A stretch of 64,000 nt of DNA. Origin: Candidatus Wirthbacteria bacterium. GTDB taxonomy: Bacteria > Patescibacteriota > CG2-30-54-11. Position numbers and translations under genes: made by a program. Of the stretch, positions 1-12,700 are shown piece by piece. The stretch lies in assembly GCA_903889905.1 (NCBI GenBank), contig CAISZI010000042.1:6000-69999 (forward strand). Direction: 5' to 3'. The notes beneath the pieces were generated by a model. That model was not told the origin of the DNA and searched no databases. It saw nothing but the letters and a program-made list of their open reading frames with translations. The number at the start of each line of letters is the position of its first letter. Position 1 is the stretch's first letter.

Positions 1-539
1 TTACGCGCTGTCGTTTTTGCTGTTGCTACTGTTCCATGAAGCTCGCCGACGCGTGCATCTTTAAAACCAACTACTCCATCACGGACATCACGAGCAACTG
101 TTTTGACTGTTTCCACATCACTATGAATTCCTTCCTTCGCACTAGAGACAAAACCATCTTTAAACTGATTTAATCCATCACCTGCAGCTGTTATCCCTTC
201 ATTCACTTTGCGTCCAGCAAACTGGCGCAAATCTGAGCCAAGCATTGCTGCTCCAACTTCTATTACTTTATCTGGTACTTTTCGAACAGTACCGCTAACT
301 TTCGCCCTAAATGCTTGAAAGCGGTTTTTCCACCCAGCAATACGCTGTCTGCCACTTTCGACGGAAGCCAAATATGCTTCCTTTGCTGTCTCAGGCTGTT
401 CAGACCGTTGTTCTACAGGGGTATCCGCCTGTTCTTGAACTTCCTGTCTAATCGCCGGTTGTCTTTCAACTGGCTGTACCTGCTCTGGGACATCAGCTCC
501 AAATAAACGTGGGTCCATCCCCAAATCACTCATTGCCAT
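1..539 (-). CDS. Hypothetical protein, 3'-truncated by the window edge. It starts MAMSDLGMDPRLFGADVPEQVQPVERQ. About 179 aa are visible, with no stop codon in frame before position 1.
   Basis: I translated the minus strand by hand from the ATG at 539..537. The frame stays open to the window start, and the TAA at 3..1 is out of frame. A GGAG Shine-Dalgarno sits about 9 nt upstream (aaaaggagaaaaaATGgcaATG). The ORF track omits it, presumably because there is no in-window stop. I recognise no domain. Confidence 0.45.
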   Translation of the reverse strand, partial: MAMSDLGMDPRLFGADVPEQVQPVERQPAIRQEVQEQADTPVEQRSEQPETAKEAYLASVESGRQRIAGWKNRFQAFRAKVSGTVRKVPDKVIEVGAAMLGSDLRQFAGRKVNEGITAAGDGLNQFKDGFVSSAKEGIHSDVETVKTVARDVRDGVVGFKDARVGELHGTVATAKTTAR

Positions 540-658
540 TTTTTCTCCTTTTTTGTTTTTATAACTTTTTAATTTTTATGTGAATTACTAAATCTATATA
601 TTGTATCAAATTTTATGAGTTTTGACTAGGGTCGGCATTACCCCAGCTTCAAATGTAT

Positions 659-692
659 AAAAAAGAGTCCCGGTCGTCAGACCAGGACTCTT
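659..692 (-). terminator. Rho-independent terminator downstream of uvrA, read on the minus strand.
   Basis: An 11-bp GC-containing stem (gagtcccggtc / gaccaggactc) has one mismatch and a 4-nt loop. On the minus strand it is followed immediately by a run of six T. It lies 27 nt past the uvrA stop. Confidence 0.5.
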
Positions 693-718
693 GCCCAATT
701 CACCCCAAAAAAGTCAAA

Positions 719-3625
719 TTATTTGCTCCGCAGCACCTTTTTCAGGTATTCCCCCGTATAAGATCCCTTAGTCTCGGCAATCTGTTCCGGCGTTCCCTGC
801 GCCACGATGCGCCCGCCGTCGGAGCCGCCATCCGGGCCCAGGTCAATGACGTAGTCGGCGTTTTTGATCACGTCGAGGTTGTGTTCGATCACGATGATCG
901 TGTTTTTCTTGTCCACCAGGCGCGACAGCACGCCAAGGAGTTTCTCGACGTCGGCAAAGTGTAATCCAGTCGTAGGTTCATCCAGCAAGTAAACGGTTTT
1001 GCCTGTAGAACGTTTGCTGAGCTCACGGGCGAGCTTGATACGCTGCGCTTCCCCACCTGAAAGAGTTGTGGCAGCCTGACCAAGGCGAACATAGCCCAGG
1101 CCAACGTCCTGCAAAGTCAGCAGCTTCTCACGAATGGCGGGGATGTTGGTGAAAAAGTCATAGGCTTGTTCGACGGTCATATCGAGGATTTCGGCAATGC
1201 TTTTGCCTTTGTAGAGGATTTCAAGCGTTTCACGGTTATAACGGTGACCGCCACAAACCTCACAGGTGATGTACACATCAGGCAGAAAATGCATTTCAAT
1301 CTTGATAATGCCATCGCCGCGGCAGGCTTCGCAGCGTCCGCCTTTGACGTTGAAGCTAAAGCGTCCCGCTTTGTAGCCACGGATGCGAGCTTCGGGAAGC
1401 TGGGTAAAAAGGTCGCGGATGTAGGTAAAGGCACCCGTATAAGTCGCCGGGTTGGAACGCGGCGTGCGGCCAATCGGTGACTGGTCAATATCGATGACTT
1501 TGTCGATCAGGTGAATGCCCTCAAGTGCGGTATGTTTGCCAGGTTTTTCCTTGGATCGATAAAGGACTTTGGCTAACGCTTTGTGCAAAATTTCCTGAAT
1601 CAACGTGCTTTTGCCCGAGCCGGAGACGCCGGTAATGGCAATAAAGTTGCCCAGTGGAAAACGGACGTCGATATTTTTTAGATTATTTTCGGTGGCGCCT
1701 TTGATTTCCAACACCCGACGCGGGTTGATGCTGTGCCGTTTGCTTGGGTACGGGACTTGTTTGCGTCCGGAAATGTACTGGCCGGTCAGCGATTTGTCAC
1801 TTTGGGCAATGTGGTCTGGCGTGCCTTCGTCCACCAGATTGCCACCGTTTTCGCCAGCACCCGGGCCAATATCAATCACCCAGTCGGCCGCACGGATCGT
1901 GTCTTCGTCATGCTCCACGACAAGCAGTGTATTGCCCAAATCGCGTAAATTGCGCATGGTGACCAGCAGCCGGTCGTTGTCCTTCTGATGCAAACCAATC
2001 GATGGTTCATCCAGTACGTACAAGACGCCGCTCAGGCCAGAACCAATCTGCGTCGCGAGCCGAATGCGCTGGGATTCCCCACCTGACAAGGTATTGGCAC
2101 TGCGGCTCAGGGTCAGGTAATTCAAGCCCACCGAACTTAGGAACTGAAGACGTGCGATCACTTCTTTGAGAATGGGCTCAGAAATTTCTTTTTCTTTGGA
2201 CGACAGCGGTTCCGAGCATAAGTTGCCTTTGCGGTCACGCAGACAGGTTACCCAGCTCAGTCCATTGACTACGGACTGGTCGGTCAGTTCTGAAATATTA
2301 TTGCCACCCACGGTGACGCCCAGGACTTCTTTTTTGAGGCGCTGCCCGTGGCACTCGGAACAGGGTAACATGGTCATGAACTTTTCAATTTCGCCGCGCA
2401 CGTATTCGGATGTCGTTTCCTTGAGCCGGCGGCCCAGATTGGAAATGACACCTTCGTAAACCACATCATAGCTGTATTCGCGGCCGTTGCGCGTCTTCAT
2501 GGTGACGGAATATTCCTGATGGTCGCCCTCGAGAATCACCTTGATGTGATCGGGTTTGAGTTTTTTGATCGGATCGTTGATCGAAAATTTGTGCCGCTTC
2601 CCCACTTCCTTGAGCAGTGCCGTGTACCACGAATACGATTTGTCGGTACGGCTCCAGGGTAAAATCGCACCTTCGGCCAAGGTTAATTCTTTGTTCGGAA
2701 TCACCAGTTCCGGGTCCACCACCATCTGGCTGCCAAGTCCAGTACAAATCGGGCAAGCCCCGTGCGGACTGTTGAACGAAAACATGCGCGGTGAAAGTTC
2801 GGGCAAGCTAACGCCGCAGTAGACGCAGGCAAAATGTTCGGAATACAGGACATCTTCAAAAACCGTCTTGCCCGCCTTGTCGTGCACCTTGGCGATCACA
2901 ATCACACCATCAGTCATTTTGAGCGAAGCTTCGATCGAATCCGCGAGCCGACGGCGATAGTCATCCAGAGCAACCGGATCCGCCGTTTTTTCGGGCGCGA
3001 CCAATCGATCCACGACGATTTCAATCGTGTGTTTGAGGTTCTTGTCCAGATTCAATTCTTCATCTAAATCCCGTACCGCACCATCAATGCGGGCACGGAC
3101 AAAGCCCTGTTGACGGGCTTTCTGGAATTCACCTTCGTGCGTCCCTTTGCGATCCATGACAATCGGAGCCATGACCATAAACTTGACGCCGACTGGCATG
3201 TCCATAATCTGATCCACAATCTGTTGCTGCGTTTGCTGGGTGATTTCACGACCGCAACTCGGGCAATGCGGGTGGCCAATGCGCGCGTACAGGAGCCGCA
3301 GATAATCATAAATTTCGGTAACTGTCCCCACTGTGGAACGCGGATTGTGCGAGGTGGATTTCTGGTCAATCGAAATCGCCGGGCTCAGTCCATCAATGCG
3401 GTCGACATCGGGTTTGTCCATCACGCCCAGGAATTGACGTGCATAGGACGAAAGCGATTCCACATACCGGCGCTGGCCTTCGGCATAGATGGTGTCAAAC
3501 GCGAGGCTAGATTTGCCGGAACCACTCAGGCCCGTGATGACCACTAATTTATCGCGGGGAATTTTGACATTGATATTCTTGAGGTTATGTTGCCGCGCCC
3601 CATGGACGTGGATGAATTCAGCCAT
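719..3625 (-). CDS. uvrA: Excinuclease ABC subunit A (UvrA).
   Basis: 968 aa. There are two ABC ATPase modules with Walker A motifs ([16 protein letters not shown] and [11 protein letters not shown]). Zinc-finger Cys clusters are present ([19 protein letters not shown]). The length and layout are canonical for UvrA. Confidence 0.97.
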   Translation of the reverse strand: MAEFIHVHGARQHNLKNINVKIPRDKLVVITGLSGSGKSSLAFDTIYAEGQRRYVESLSSYARQFLGVMDKPDVDRIDGLSPAISIDQKSTSHNPRSTVGTVTEIYDYLRLLYARIGHPHCPSCGREITQQTQQQIVDQIMDMPVGVKFMVMAPIVMDRKGTHEGEFQKARQQGFVRARIDGAVRDLDEELNLDKNLKHTIEIVVDRLVAPEKTADPVALDDYRRRLADSIEASLKMTDGVIVIAKVHDKAGKTVFEDVLYSEHFACVYCGVSLPELSPRMFSFNSPHGACPICTGLGSQMVVDPELVIPNKELTLAEGAILPWSRTDKSYSWYTALLKEVGKRHKFSINDPIKKLKPDHIKVILEGDHQEYSVTMKTRNGREYSYDVVYEGVISNLGRRLKETTSEYVRGEIEKFMTMLPCSECHGQRLKKEVLGVTVGGNNISELTDQSVVNGLSWVTCLRDRKGNLCSEPLSSKEKEISEPILKEVIARLQFLSSVGLNYLTLSRSANTLSGGESQRIRLATQIGSGLSGVLYVLDEPSIGLHQKDNDRLLVTMRNLRDLGNTLLVVEHDEDTIRAADWVIDIGPGAGENGGNLVDEGTPDHIAQSDKSLTGQYISGRKQVPYPSKRHSINPRRVLEIKGATENNLKNIDVRFPLGNFIAITGVSGSGKSTLIQEILHKALAKVLYRSKEKPGKHTALEGIHLIDKVIDIDQSPIGRTPRSNPATYTGAFTYIRDLFTQLPEARIRGYKAGRFSFNVKGGRCEACRGDGIIKIEMHFLPDVYITCEVCGGHRYNRETLEILYKGKSIAEILDMTVEQAYDFFTNIPAIREKLLTLQDVGLGYVRLGQAATTLSGGEAQRIKLARELSKRSTGKTVYLLDEPTTGLHFADVEKLLGVLSRLVDKKNTIIVIEHNLDVIKNADYVIDLGPDGGSDGGRIVAQGTPEQIAETKGSYTGEYLKKVLRSK

Positions 3626-3661
3626 TCCCAGTTACCCTATCTATGAGCTAAAGCTTCATAG

Positions 3662-3690
3662 ATTCTATCGCATAATAAGCGATGGAGCAA
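3662..3690 (-). promoter_or_regulatory. Candidate sigma70-type promoter for uvrA.
   Basis: On the minus strand, TTGCTC and TAGAAT are separated by 17 nt, about 35 nt upstream of the uvrA ATG. This is a sequence match only. Confidence 0.25.
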
Positions 3691-3721
3691 GCATAGGATA
3701 AGGGAAAGTTCTGTAACTTTT

Positions 3722-6700
3722 TTAGAATTTTTGTCCAGGGGTGCTTGTAGCTTGTGACCAACGACGCATCAAGGTCACAGCTTCTGCGAGTCGGACTTTT
3801 GGTTCCTGCAAAATAGTGACTGTTTGATTACCAGTTTGTTCAATTCTTAAGAAAACATCGAATTCCCTTTTTTCACTGTCATATTTGACTTCGGTTACAT
3901 GCGTCACATTCTCTGGATAGCGTGCCAAAGTAAGCGCAACTTTATCGCTGTAGCGCTCTTTAAACATTTCAAAAGCCATGGAAGGTTCTTTGTGTAATAA
4001 CTCCTGCTGAGCTGTAAAATCACCTGTATTTCTATCTGCCTGATCTTCGTGCGGTCGCCGAGGTCCTGTTCTATCTGCACTGTATTCATCGTCCTGATTG
4101 ATATAGGTCAATAACGTATCTTGGAAAGTCAGAATATGGCTTCGGAATTCAATGATATCGTTAAGGTCATGCAATCTTGTTGCCAAACTGAGACGCTTAT
4201 AATCTGCCTCAAATCGATCGATCTCTTCCCCATGTTCAGCCCTCAAATTAGCATGATTATCCAAGATTGTGTTAACACCTCTCATTGGTCCAGCAAGGCC
4301 GGCAATCGCACGGTCAACCGTTTCACTGTTATCCTTACTAAAATTCTCGATACGTCTCTGAGCTGTCCTGATCGTGCCTGGCATGAGTGCTTCTTTATCT
4401 CCGGCAACAAATGTGCGAATTTGATCAGCTTGTTCAACGGTTATATATTCGTTTACCAAAGAAGCGGCAAGAACATCCAATAGATCATTCTTCTGCTGTT
4501 CAAAGTATGTAGTTGCGGCGGTTTCGATACTGACAGCAAGCTCCTCACATTCGGCGTCAGTTGCCTCCTCTTTGTCGATCAGCTGATTGGCATCGGCTGT
4601 CAAAGATTCATCTGGGGTCGATATTAACCACTTAATGTTTCTCGCCATGGTCATACGCAAATTATCTTTGGCCGTGGGTTGGGTCCGTTCAACTTCGACT
4701 TTACCTGCTCTACCACTTTCATTGATAATTTTGAGAATCTTCTTTGTCGCTTCACGCTTTTGGATAATCTCATCGTCACTGAAACGCAAAAAAAGTGTTT
4801 TATCGTTATTTATATTCTCTAATAATGAATCAGATCGATCATCCCCAGTTGCTTTACGTCTCTCTTTTTCTTTTATGGCATCTTCTACTTTTTCAAGTTT
4901 TGATTGTTTAGCATTAGCAAGTGCAGCAGTTTCAATTATCCTGATCACTTTCAGCTGATTTTCAATTTCAGATTCTGCCTCCAACCCAGCTTCCTGGGCT
5001 GCTTGTCTCAAACTCTCACTTGACATTGAATCCAACGCTTTTTCCATGATATCCACAGGATCTTTCCTTACTTCTGCCGACACTCGAGCACCAGGTCGTG
5101 ACAAGTTATCAACTAACTGGCCAAGTTGATACAACGTCATGTCATCCAGATTATAGCTAGGTGCTATACCCAAACTTTGTTCAAATTCAATAATCTGTTG
5201 CAATTTGGGAGTCACTATTGCCACCAAGGACTCACGGTTTGCAGTCGCATTAACAATTTGCTCGTTCGTAATTCTCTCAACACTGGCCAGTGGCAAACGA
5301 CCGATTGTGTTGCCAGTAGGGGCAATGGCCAAACGGCGTACAATTTGATTGTCGGCATGACCCATAACTACAAAATAGGAATTCCCGCCCTCTGTAACCT
5401 TGCAAACCGACTCTACACTGCCTCCCAGCAATTGTCGCAGTGATTCTGCCATCGTTGCCTCTGGCAAGCCAAGTTCACCTGCTAATCCCTGGCTACCAAA
5501 CATCTCAAACCGAATGTTTACATCCTCTGTTTCGGGTCTGAAGCTATCGGCTCCGCTGATTTGCTCCAGATCATGCAACAGAATTTCAAGACGCCCGGTT
5601 TCCTTGATCAAATCCTCTTCCGTCGCCTGACTGAGATCCAAGGAACTAAGTTGTAGCATCGGGATCCGATAAATCCCCGACACTTTACGCTGCTGCAACT
5701 CAAGGGAAACTCGCGCTACATCGCGGGGATTATCGGCATCAAACTCATAATCAATTTGGGCAACGGGTTCTGCAGTGAAGCGAATGCGGTTTGCAGCGGC
5801 TTTAATTTCGTTTCGCAATTTATCGACTCTCGCATGTAAATCCTTATTAGCTTGGGCAATACGATCCTCTGAATCGTTCCAGCCTGGATTAACTTTTTTC
5901 CAGAGTTTGCGGAGACGACGTTTACGCTGCGAGGGATTATTTAAATGAACACTTAATTCAGCATTCACTGCCTCCAACAACGGCGTCCCAATGATGCGGG
6001 CACGCGCCAGGATTGTTCTTTCAAGCAATAAAAATTCCTGATCTGATGGATCTTCAGGTAAACGGAAATCGACAATTTCCGAACCACTTTCACCGCGAGC
6101 ACTGATTTGTTCATTTAATCCGTTGATCAAATTATCAATCTCCACAAGTGTTGTTGCCCGGTTAAACTCAGCACGGAAGTCAGTTGTGTCAATTGGTTCT
6201 GCCAAGCCCTCGGCAACCTGGACCAGTAATCTAAATCTATCTTGGGAGACTTCCTTCCGACGGGCTTTTTCTGCGGTAATCACGGCTTCAAACTGGGGAA
6301 CAGCCTGCCAAAGCTCAGTCACGGTTCCAGTACTGGCCAGAGAGTCGGCTTCTAAGCGAATTTCGGGAATACCGAGAACATTCGCTTCATTAACAAGTCG
6401 TTCAATTGCCTGTTTGGCATCTGCAACTTGCGCCGCATCTTCGGCGTCAATTTCTGTACGCATCTGACGGATAAACGTTCTCGTTGCAGCATGATCAGCA
6501 AGGGCAGCAGTATCGCCTAATCGAGCTGTCACCTTGGCATGAATGGAACCATAAGTGGGACGAAGCCGCTCTTTTTGCGTCACTTCGGCGTTCAAATCAT
6601 CCAAGTCTACACGAATTTTGAGTTCCGTTCTGAAATTCTCAATAGCCCCTTTGGTAGCGTCAATATCTGCCATCCTGACTGGATTAGTGCTTAACAACTC

Positions 6701-9700
6701 CAATTGTGCCGTAATGTCGACAAAGTTTCGCCCCCGAGCTTCTTGCTTGAGTGTTGCGAGCACGGCCATATTGCGCAGGTATTCCGGTAAATTCTCAAAG
6801 TATTTGATATCATGTGCACGTTTTTCGAGAAATACCTGTGTTGCCTTGTAATCTTCCATTTCAGCCGCATTACCGAGTCTAGCCTTAAGTTGATTGGCAA
6901 TCACCAGATATCCGTGGGCTTCGGCATCTCTGATTAGCTTGGCGATTTTGAGCGGATTTACAGCGCGGTCAATCACCTCAATTTCAGTTTCAATTTCCTT
7001 AAGTGTTGCAGAATCTTTTTTGGTGTCAACGAAGCCGATCGCTCGTATTAAATCGATCGATTGGTAATTCTTGGCTTCAATGATGTGATCCAATAAAACC
7101 TGCCTTCTTTGTGCTTTGACCGAGGTCATTTCGTTCTCGACTGTTTCATCCAGGTAAAATTTAATCGCATTTTCCAGCTTTATGCTTTCAATATCGGTAT
7201 GCTCAACATTCGCCCCATCTTTAGTTGTATTTGAGATTACTTTTACATCGTATTTTTGGCCAGCAGCATCCCACAGCACTTCGACTCGGACATCCTGTCG
7301 CTGTAAGGATAAAACATACAAGTTAAGTTCCCGCTCTATCGTTGGCTTGAGCAATTCAGGATCAGCATTAATTTCTTCAGCCGCATGGACAGCAAGCATC
7401 GTTCCTTGCTTGCGTTCGCCGGTGAACAACGCAATAGCGCCCCTGCGCTTTTCGGTTGCGATCATTCCTTCAAGCAAATTTACCACACGCCAGTTTTCGA
7501 CAACATCTGTTGACGCGGCAACGCTATCACGAACTCTGGTAACATCTGCTTCAATTTTGATACGAGTCCCTTCCGCGACCAAAGTGTCGATTGTTGCTTT
7601 GACATGTCTAACTTGCCTACTATCTTCAGTGACTACAGTTTCTCTGGCCCATTTAGCAAAGGCAACCATTCCATCATAATCCACAAGATTGTCTGGATCT
7701 TCGATATGTAATTGAATAGTATCGTTAATAATATCATAATCTGACTTCTCACTATCTGGGACTATCGTTAATTTCCTGAAGATATCCTTGCTGATTACTA
7801 AAATTTCAATGCGTACCTGCAAATTTTTCTTTACCTTTTCAATAGCTTCCTTGATAGGCTCAATTGGCTCTTCTTGAAATATATCTGATTTGAGTTTGAT
7901 TAACTGGTCTTCTAAATCCTTGTAATGAAGTTTGTGAGCAGAAACCAACAAAGGTTCTATTGTTTCGGTTTGCTTCTGTGCCTCGACACTGTAATCTGTC
8001 AACGACTTGGATAGTTCCGCGGAAATTTGCGTCAGGAATGCCCTGGCCTTGGTTAAATCTCCAGTATTGGCAGGATCAGCATTCCAAGTAGTAATCTTGT
8101 CGGCAATCTCCGTTTTGTGCTTTGTCCGAGCAAGCCCGAAAACGGCTTCCAATCGCTTCGGGATCCACCCCTTGTCCAATTTATCAAGTGCAGCCTGAAT
8201 TTCGGACAATTTGGCTGTTGCCATTTGCTCGTTAACAAATTTAGTAATATCGGCAATCAAAGCTGCATCCAAACCAAGCACATTGGCTTCAGCAAGTTTA
8301 CTCGCTATTTCTTGCTGAAGAGCAGCCTTTTTTTGAACAGCATTGACTTCGACATCTTCAAACCGATAGAGTTTAACCGCTTCCTCAAGCCCAATAGAGT
8401 CAACATCAATGTGAGCGTTGTCACGCAAATCTTTTGACTCAACACGGATGACATATTTTTGCTGAGCTTTGACCCAGGTTACCTTGACTTTAATATCATG
8501 ACGTTGCGATGATTCCACATAGTCAGTGACATCGGCCTGAATACCAGCTTCCAGTGATGCAGGTTCCTGCCGAATTTCTTCAACACTTTTAGTGGGAATA
8601 TTAGCGGGCCTGGAAGGTTGTCTGTCCTCAGCAAATAACTGCAAACCACTTCTGAGCCGATCCACTTCTGCTTCTGCCGCCATGCGAACATCTGCACCAA
8701 TACCAGTGGCTGCAGGCAATTTAAGCAGTGCTATTTCCTTGAAAGCCGCAAGTAAATCATTACCACTAATTGTAAGTTCTAGATTCGGCATTTTGACAGC
8801 TTGAAGTTCAAGTCGTAAGTCAAAATCAAACGTATCGGACTTATCATCGTACGTAATTGAATTAATTTCGAATTTGCACGTACTTAAATCAATTTTCTCT
8901 CTTCCCGATTCCTCATAAAACTTAATAATCACTTCTAAATGATCATTTGAGAGACGTATAACGTCCTGCAGAGTTAATTTCTTCAAATCTTTGGGTATTT
9001 CGCCAAAGGATCTGGGCTGAGTTGTTGCAAATTTTCTTCCGAATGCCAAATCACGGTCATTGGCAATGGTGACGACTTCATCCGTTACTCTGGCACCCCC
9101 TTTAGGAGATTCACTGGCATTGGTAGTATTCGGCTCTTTGTAGCTCACTTTGACAGTGAATTCTTTGTGTACACGGTCGTAAGTCACCTCGCCGATGCTA
9201 ATGTCCTCTTTGCCATTATCAGTATAACGGTCTTCGATCAAATCTTTGATCAGATCTTCTGCTAATTCTGGTCGGGCATCGATTAGTGCGATCTGGTCCA
9301 GATTAGTCAATTGCAGGCGGTCGCTTTTGAGTAAATTAAGGCTGGATTTGGCCTCGTCCAATATCTGAGTAACCAAATTAAAATCCTCACGCTGCACTTT
9401 TGGGTCATGGATAAGGCGATCGGCGTTGTCCAATCTCGCCTGATCCACACCCCACCATTTGGCACGGACAATTTCCTTGTCTGCCTGGGCAATGAGATTT
9501 TGTTTCTGAACCTCAATCATGCTCTCGATAGCATCGGCGACCTGCAAGAAGGCTTTTTCACTTTGACGGTTGATTTGATAAAAAGCACCCTGAACGCTAA
9601 CTGGGTCAACATCCCATTCTTCAAGGGCGCGTTTTTTGACTTCGTCTAAATGCTTCGCCGCCGCCATGCGTGCATTGATCTGTTCCTCTACAGCCCAAAA

Positions 9701-12700
9701 CTCTTCGTATTTGGTAAAAGTACCAGCCAAATCACGCAAATCAACACCAAGAGCTTGAGCCTTGGTGATATTGTCGCGGTAACGTTGGACTAATTTTTTG
9801 TCCACATCTTCCGCAAGTTTCCTTTCGGCGGCGTTAAATGCAGTAAAATTGAGAAAATCGTCCGATTGCTCTGGTAAAGCCTTAACATCAATGCTCAGAC
9901 CGCCAGCCATTTGACGATCTCTTGAATAGGATTGCTTCAAAATGGCTGACTGTAGAGCCTCGTGTTGCGTCTTCAGCACCCCAACATCAGTACTCGGAAC
10001 GAGTGGTAAATGCAGTGCATCGAGGCTAATGTTTAAACCCTGGGCGATTTTGACGCGCTCGATGTAAGCCGATGCGTCATCTGTCCCGGCAACTTCAAAA
10101 CCACGCCGGCCCAAAGAATGCGCCGACCCGGCCAAAACTGCTTCTACTTGAAAATTAACTGCGGCTTCCCTGGCAACGCCTTCTGTCCCAACCTTAAGAT
10201 AGCGGCCATAAATGTCCAAAGCTGATTCTAAATCGTAAACTCTTGGAGTGGAAATCACGTCTTTGACAATGGGCGCTTTGATTATTTCAGCTTTCAGCGG
10301 TACAGGAATCGTCAATTTGTAAGAAGATGTAACTTTGAAAAAATACTTTTTAACGATTGGAGCGGTACCAAACGTTTTGGTCTCAATCTGTACATCTACA
10401 TGGGGATCTGTCCCACCACGTGCTTGAATATCAACCATTTCTTTGTCTACAATCGCTTGTTTGAGATCGTTGAGTTGGTTGGGATCAGCTTCAATTGCCA
10501 ATTTCTTATCAGCTTTGAACTTATTGTAGGCAGCGCCTGACAGGCTGAGCGCACTTTCGCTAACGAGTGTTAGCGCGTCTGTCTTTGCCTTGTCGAGTTT
10601 GCGATAGGCCGTCAGCAAACTTTCCTTTGACGCCACTTCGTCAATGTCTGACATGTTGATGCCGGCGGCAAGGCGGATTTCTGGCGTGAAACGAGAATCT
10701 TCCAGCACCGCTTGCTTGAGGTCTTGCAATTTGCGGCGCCAAAGTCTGCCGTCGTAATAACTGAGACGCACTTTGGATAGTTCTGCTTGGAGCTCAGCCA
10801 CCGATAACTTTTTATTGGCCTTTATTCTTGCAACTTCCGCCTTGGCAGCGTCAAAATCATGATCACCGCCAAAAGTACTTACCAAGTAGTCCAATGAGGC
10901 GATAACTGGCGCTTTGGCCTCCGCATCAAGCCGCATCGCCTCGCGCACTGCTTCAATTGCATCCCGAACTTCGGGTACCGGGGTCTCGGTCATCGGATTT
11001 GCCAACAGCGTCAACGCGTCACGTGCGGCCGTCAATTTTTTTTTGCGATCGCTAAAGGCCTGTTTGGCCACTGCTTCGGTGGGAGCTTTGTCATCGGTCA
11101 TTTTGGCTAATTCAGCATTAATGCCTTCAACCGTCACGCCCATCCCCAGTGCTTCATGGCGGAGCTTTCGACCCAATCCCTGAACTGTGTTAACCTTTTT
11201 GCATTCAGAACGCAATACATCCAATTGCATTTGGAGTTGATACAAATTGACATTTTCAGTTTGGATGCCGGGCTCATGACGAATTTGGACACGCGTAAAG
11301 TATTCCGTATCCAGTTTTCGTAATTCAGCTATGGCGGCTGCTCGACTTGATTGATTATGTTTGAGTTCTTTTATGGTGCGAGCCTCAACAATGTGGAATC
11401 CAATCAATTCCGGCTTGGTCAAGTCTGGTGTTCCTTTGATGGCAATCACCCAGCGCTTATCCAAAGCGGCATTCGGTGGGGAGCCGGCATCTGGCTGGGA
11501 AAGAATGAAAAACTCAAAAGTAGGGCTTTGGACATGCTGGACAAAAGGCAACCGTTCCATTTTATTGGCTGGTAGTGAACCGGCGTCTGCCAAGACCTGG
11601 TTGATGTTTTCCAGTGAAAGCGGAAGACCCAGCCTTGCGGAAAGCGCAAAAAGAGTCGATGCTTTAGAAGTCGCTTTTTTCTTGTCATAGGTGACACCAC
11701 CAATATTCTCCATCAGCCCATTAGCAGCGTTTTCTTGCTCATTTTGATGGGCTGCAATACCAGCTTTAAATTTTTCGTATGCAGCCTTACCAGCATCAGC
11801 GGCAATCAGCATCGATAAATCTTGGTCTTGATGAAACTTCTGACGATTACTTTCGAGTGTGGACTTTAGCGCTTCCTCGACACATATTTCTATTCTTGCC
11901 TTGGACTTGTCAGTACTCAGGGATAATTGCCGGTCAAGTTCATTAACAAACTCAGAGTCATATAGGACAGTGCCAATCAATGGTCCCTCATTGAGATTAT
12001 TTTTTCTGGCAACCGTTAAAAAAGCCAACATTTCAGCTATGCCTTTGTTAGGAGATGCGTCCAATTTGTCAATCAACTCGGTCCGCACTTTTGGATGAAA
12101 AACGGCGTTGAGCTGGGATGCGACCTCCGATTCCATAGCATTATGGGCAACTTTACTCTGGGCATCGCGCATGGCTTCAACCATTCTACCTTCGGCTGCA
12201 ATTTTATTTCCACCTGCTGTGGTCACAATTTCCCTGTCAAAGCCCAAATTGACGTGATGTTCAGTCTTGATACGTAAATAGGATTTTGCACGACGGATGG
12301 CGTCACCAATGGCAGAGCTGCCATGGTGGTGAGTTCCTGGGCTCACAAGGGATTCAATTTTGCCCAGGTAAATGCCCAATTCCAGATATGTATGAATGCT
12401 GGTATTTTTGCTCTCGTCAACAGATTCAAAAAGCGCTTTGATGTTTTCTTCCGAAAGTACTGTATCGATGAACTGCTTGAAATGGGCATAAACAAGATTA
12501 TCCAGCTCGGGAATACCGGATTGTTTGTCTTTGATAATATCAACAGCATCCCGTAATTTATCAATGACATCAATCGTCTTGAGCGGGTCAACACTCGAAG
12601 CATCCAGTTTAGCGAAGGCATCATTAAACTTATTGAGTGGGTGTTTGTCCAGGAAACTTTTGATTTTGTCTCTCAGACCCTCTAATTTTGACTCATAAGT

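Noticed and set aside
1-3. An apparent TAA stop at the window start for the leftmost minus-strand ORF.
   Set aside because: Hand translation shows it is out of frame by 2 nt. The ORF continues off-window.
3626-3721. An imperfect palindrome ctatgagctaaagcttcatag between the giant gene and uvrA, considered as a terminator or LexA box.
   Set aside because: The stem is short (6-7 bp, AT-rich) and has no T-run. It does not match a LexA consensus I can state with confidence. Only a weak promoter call is retained.
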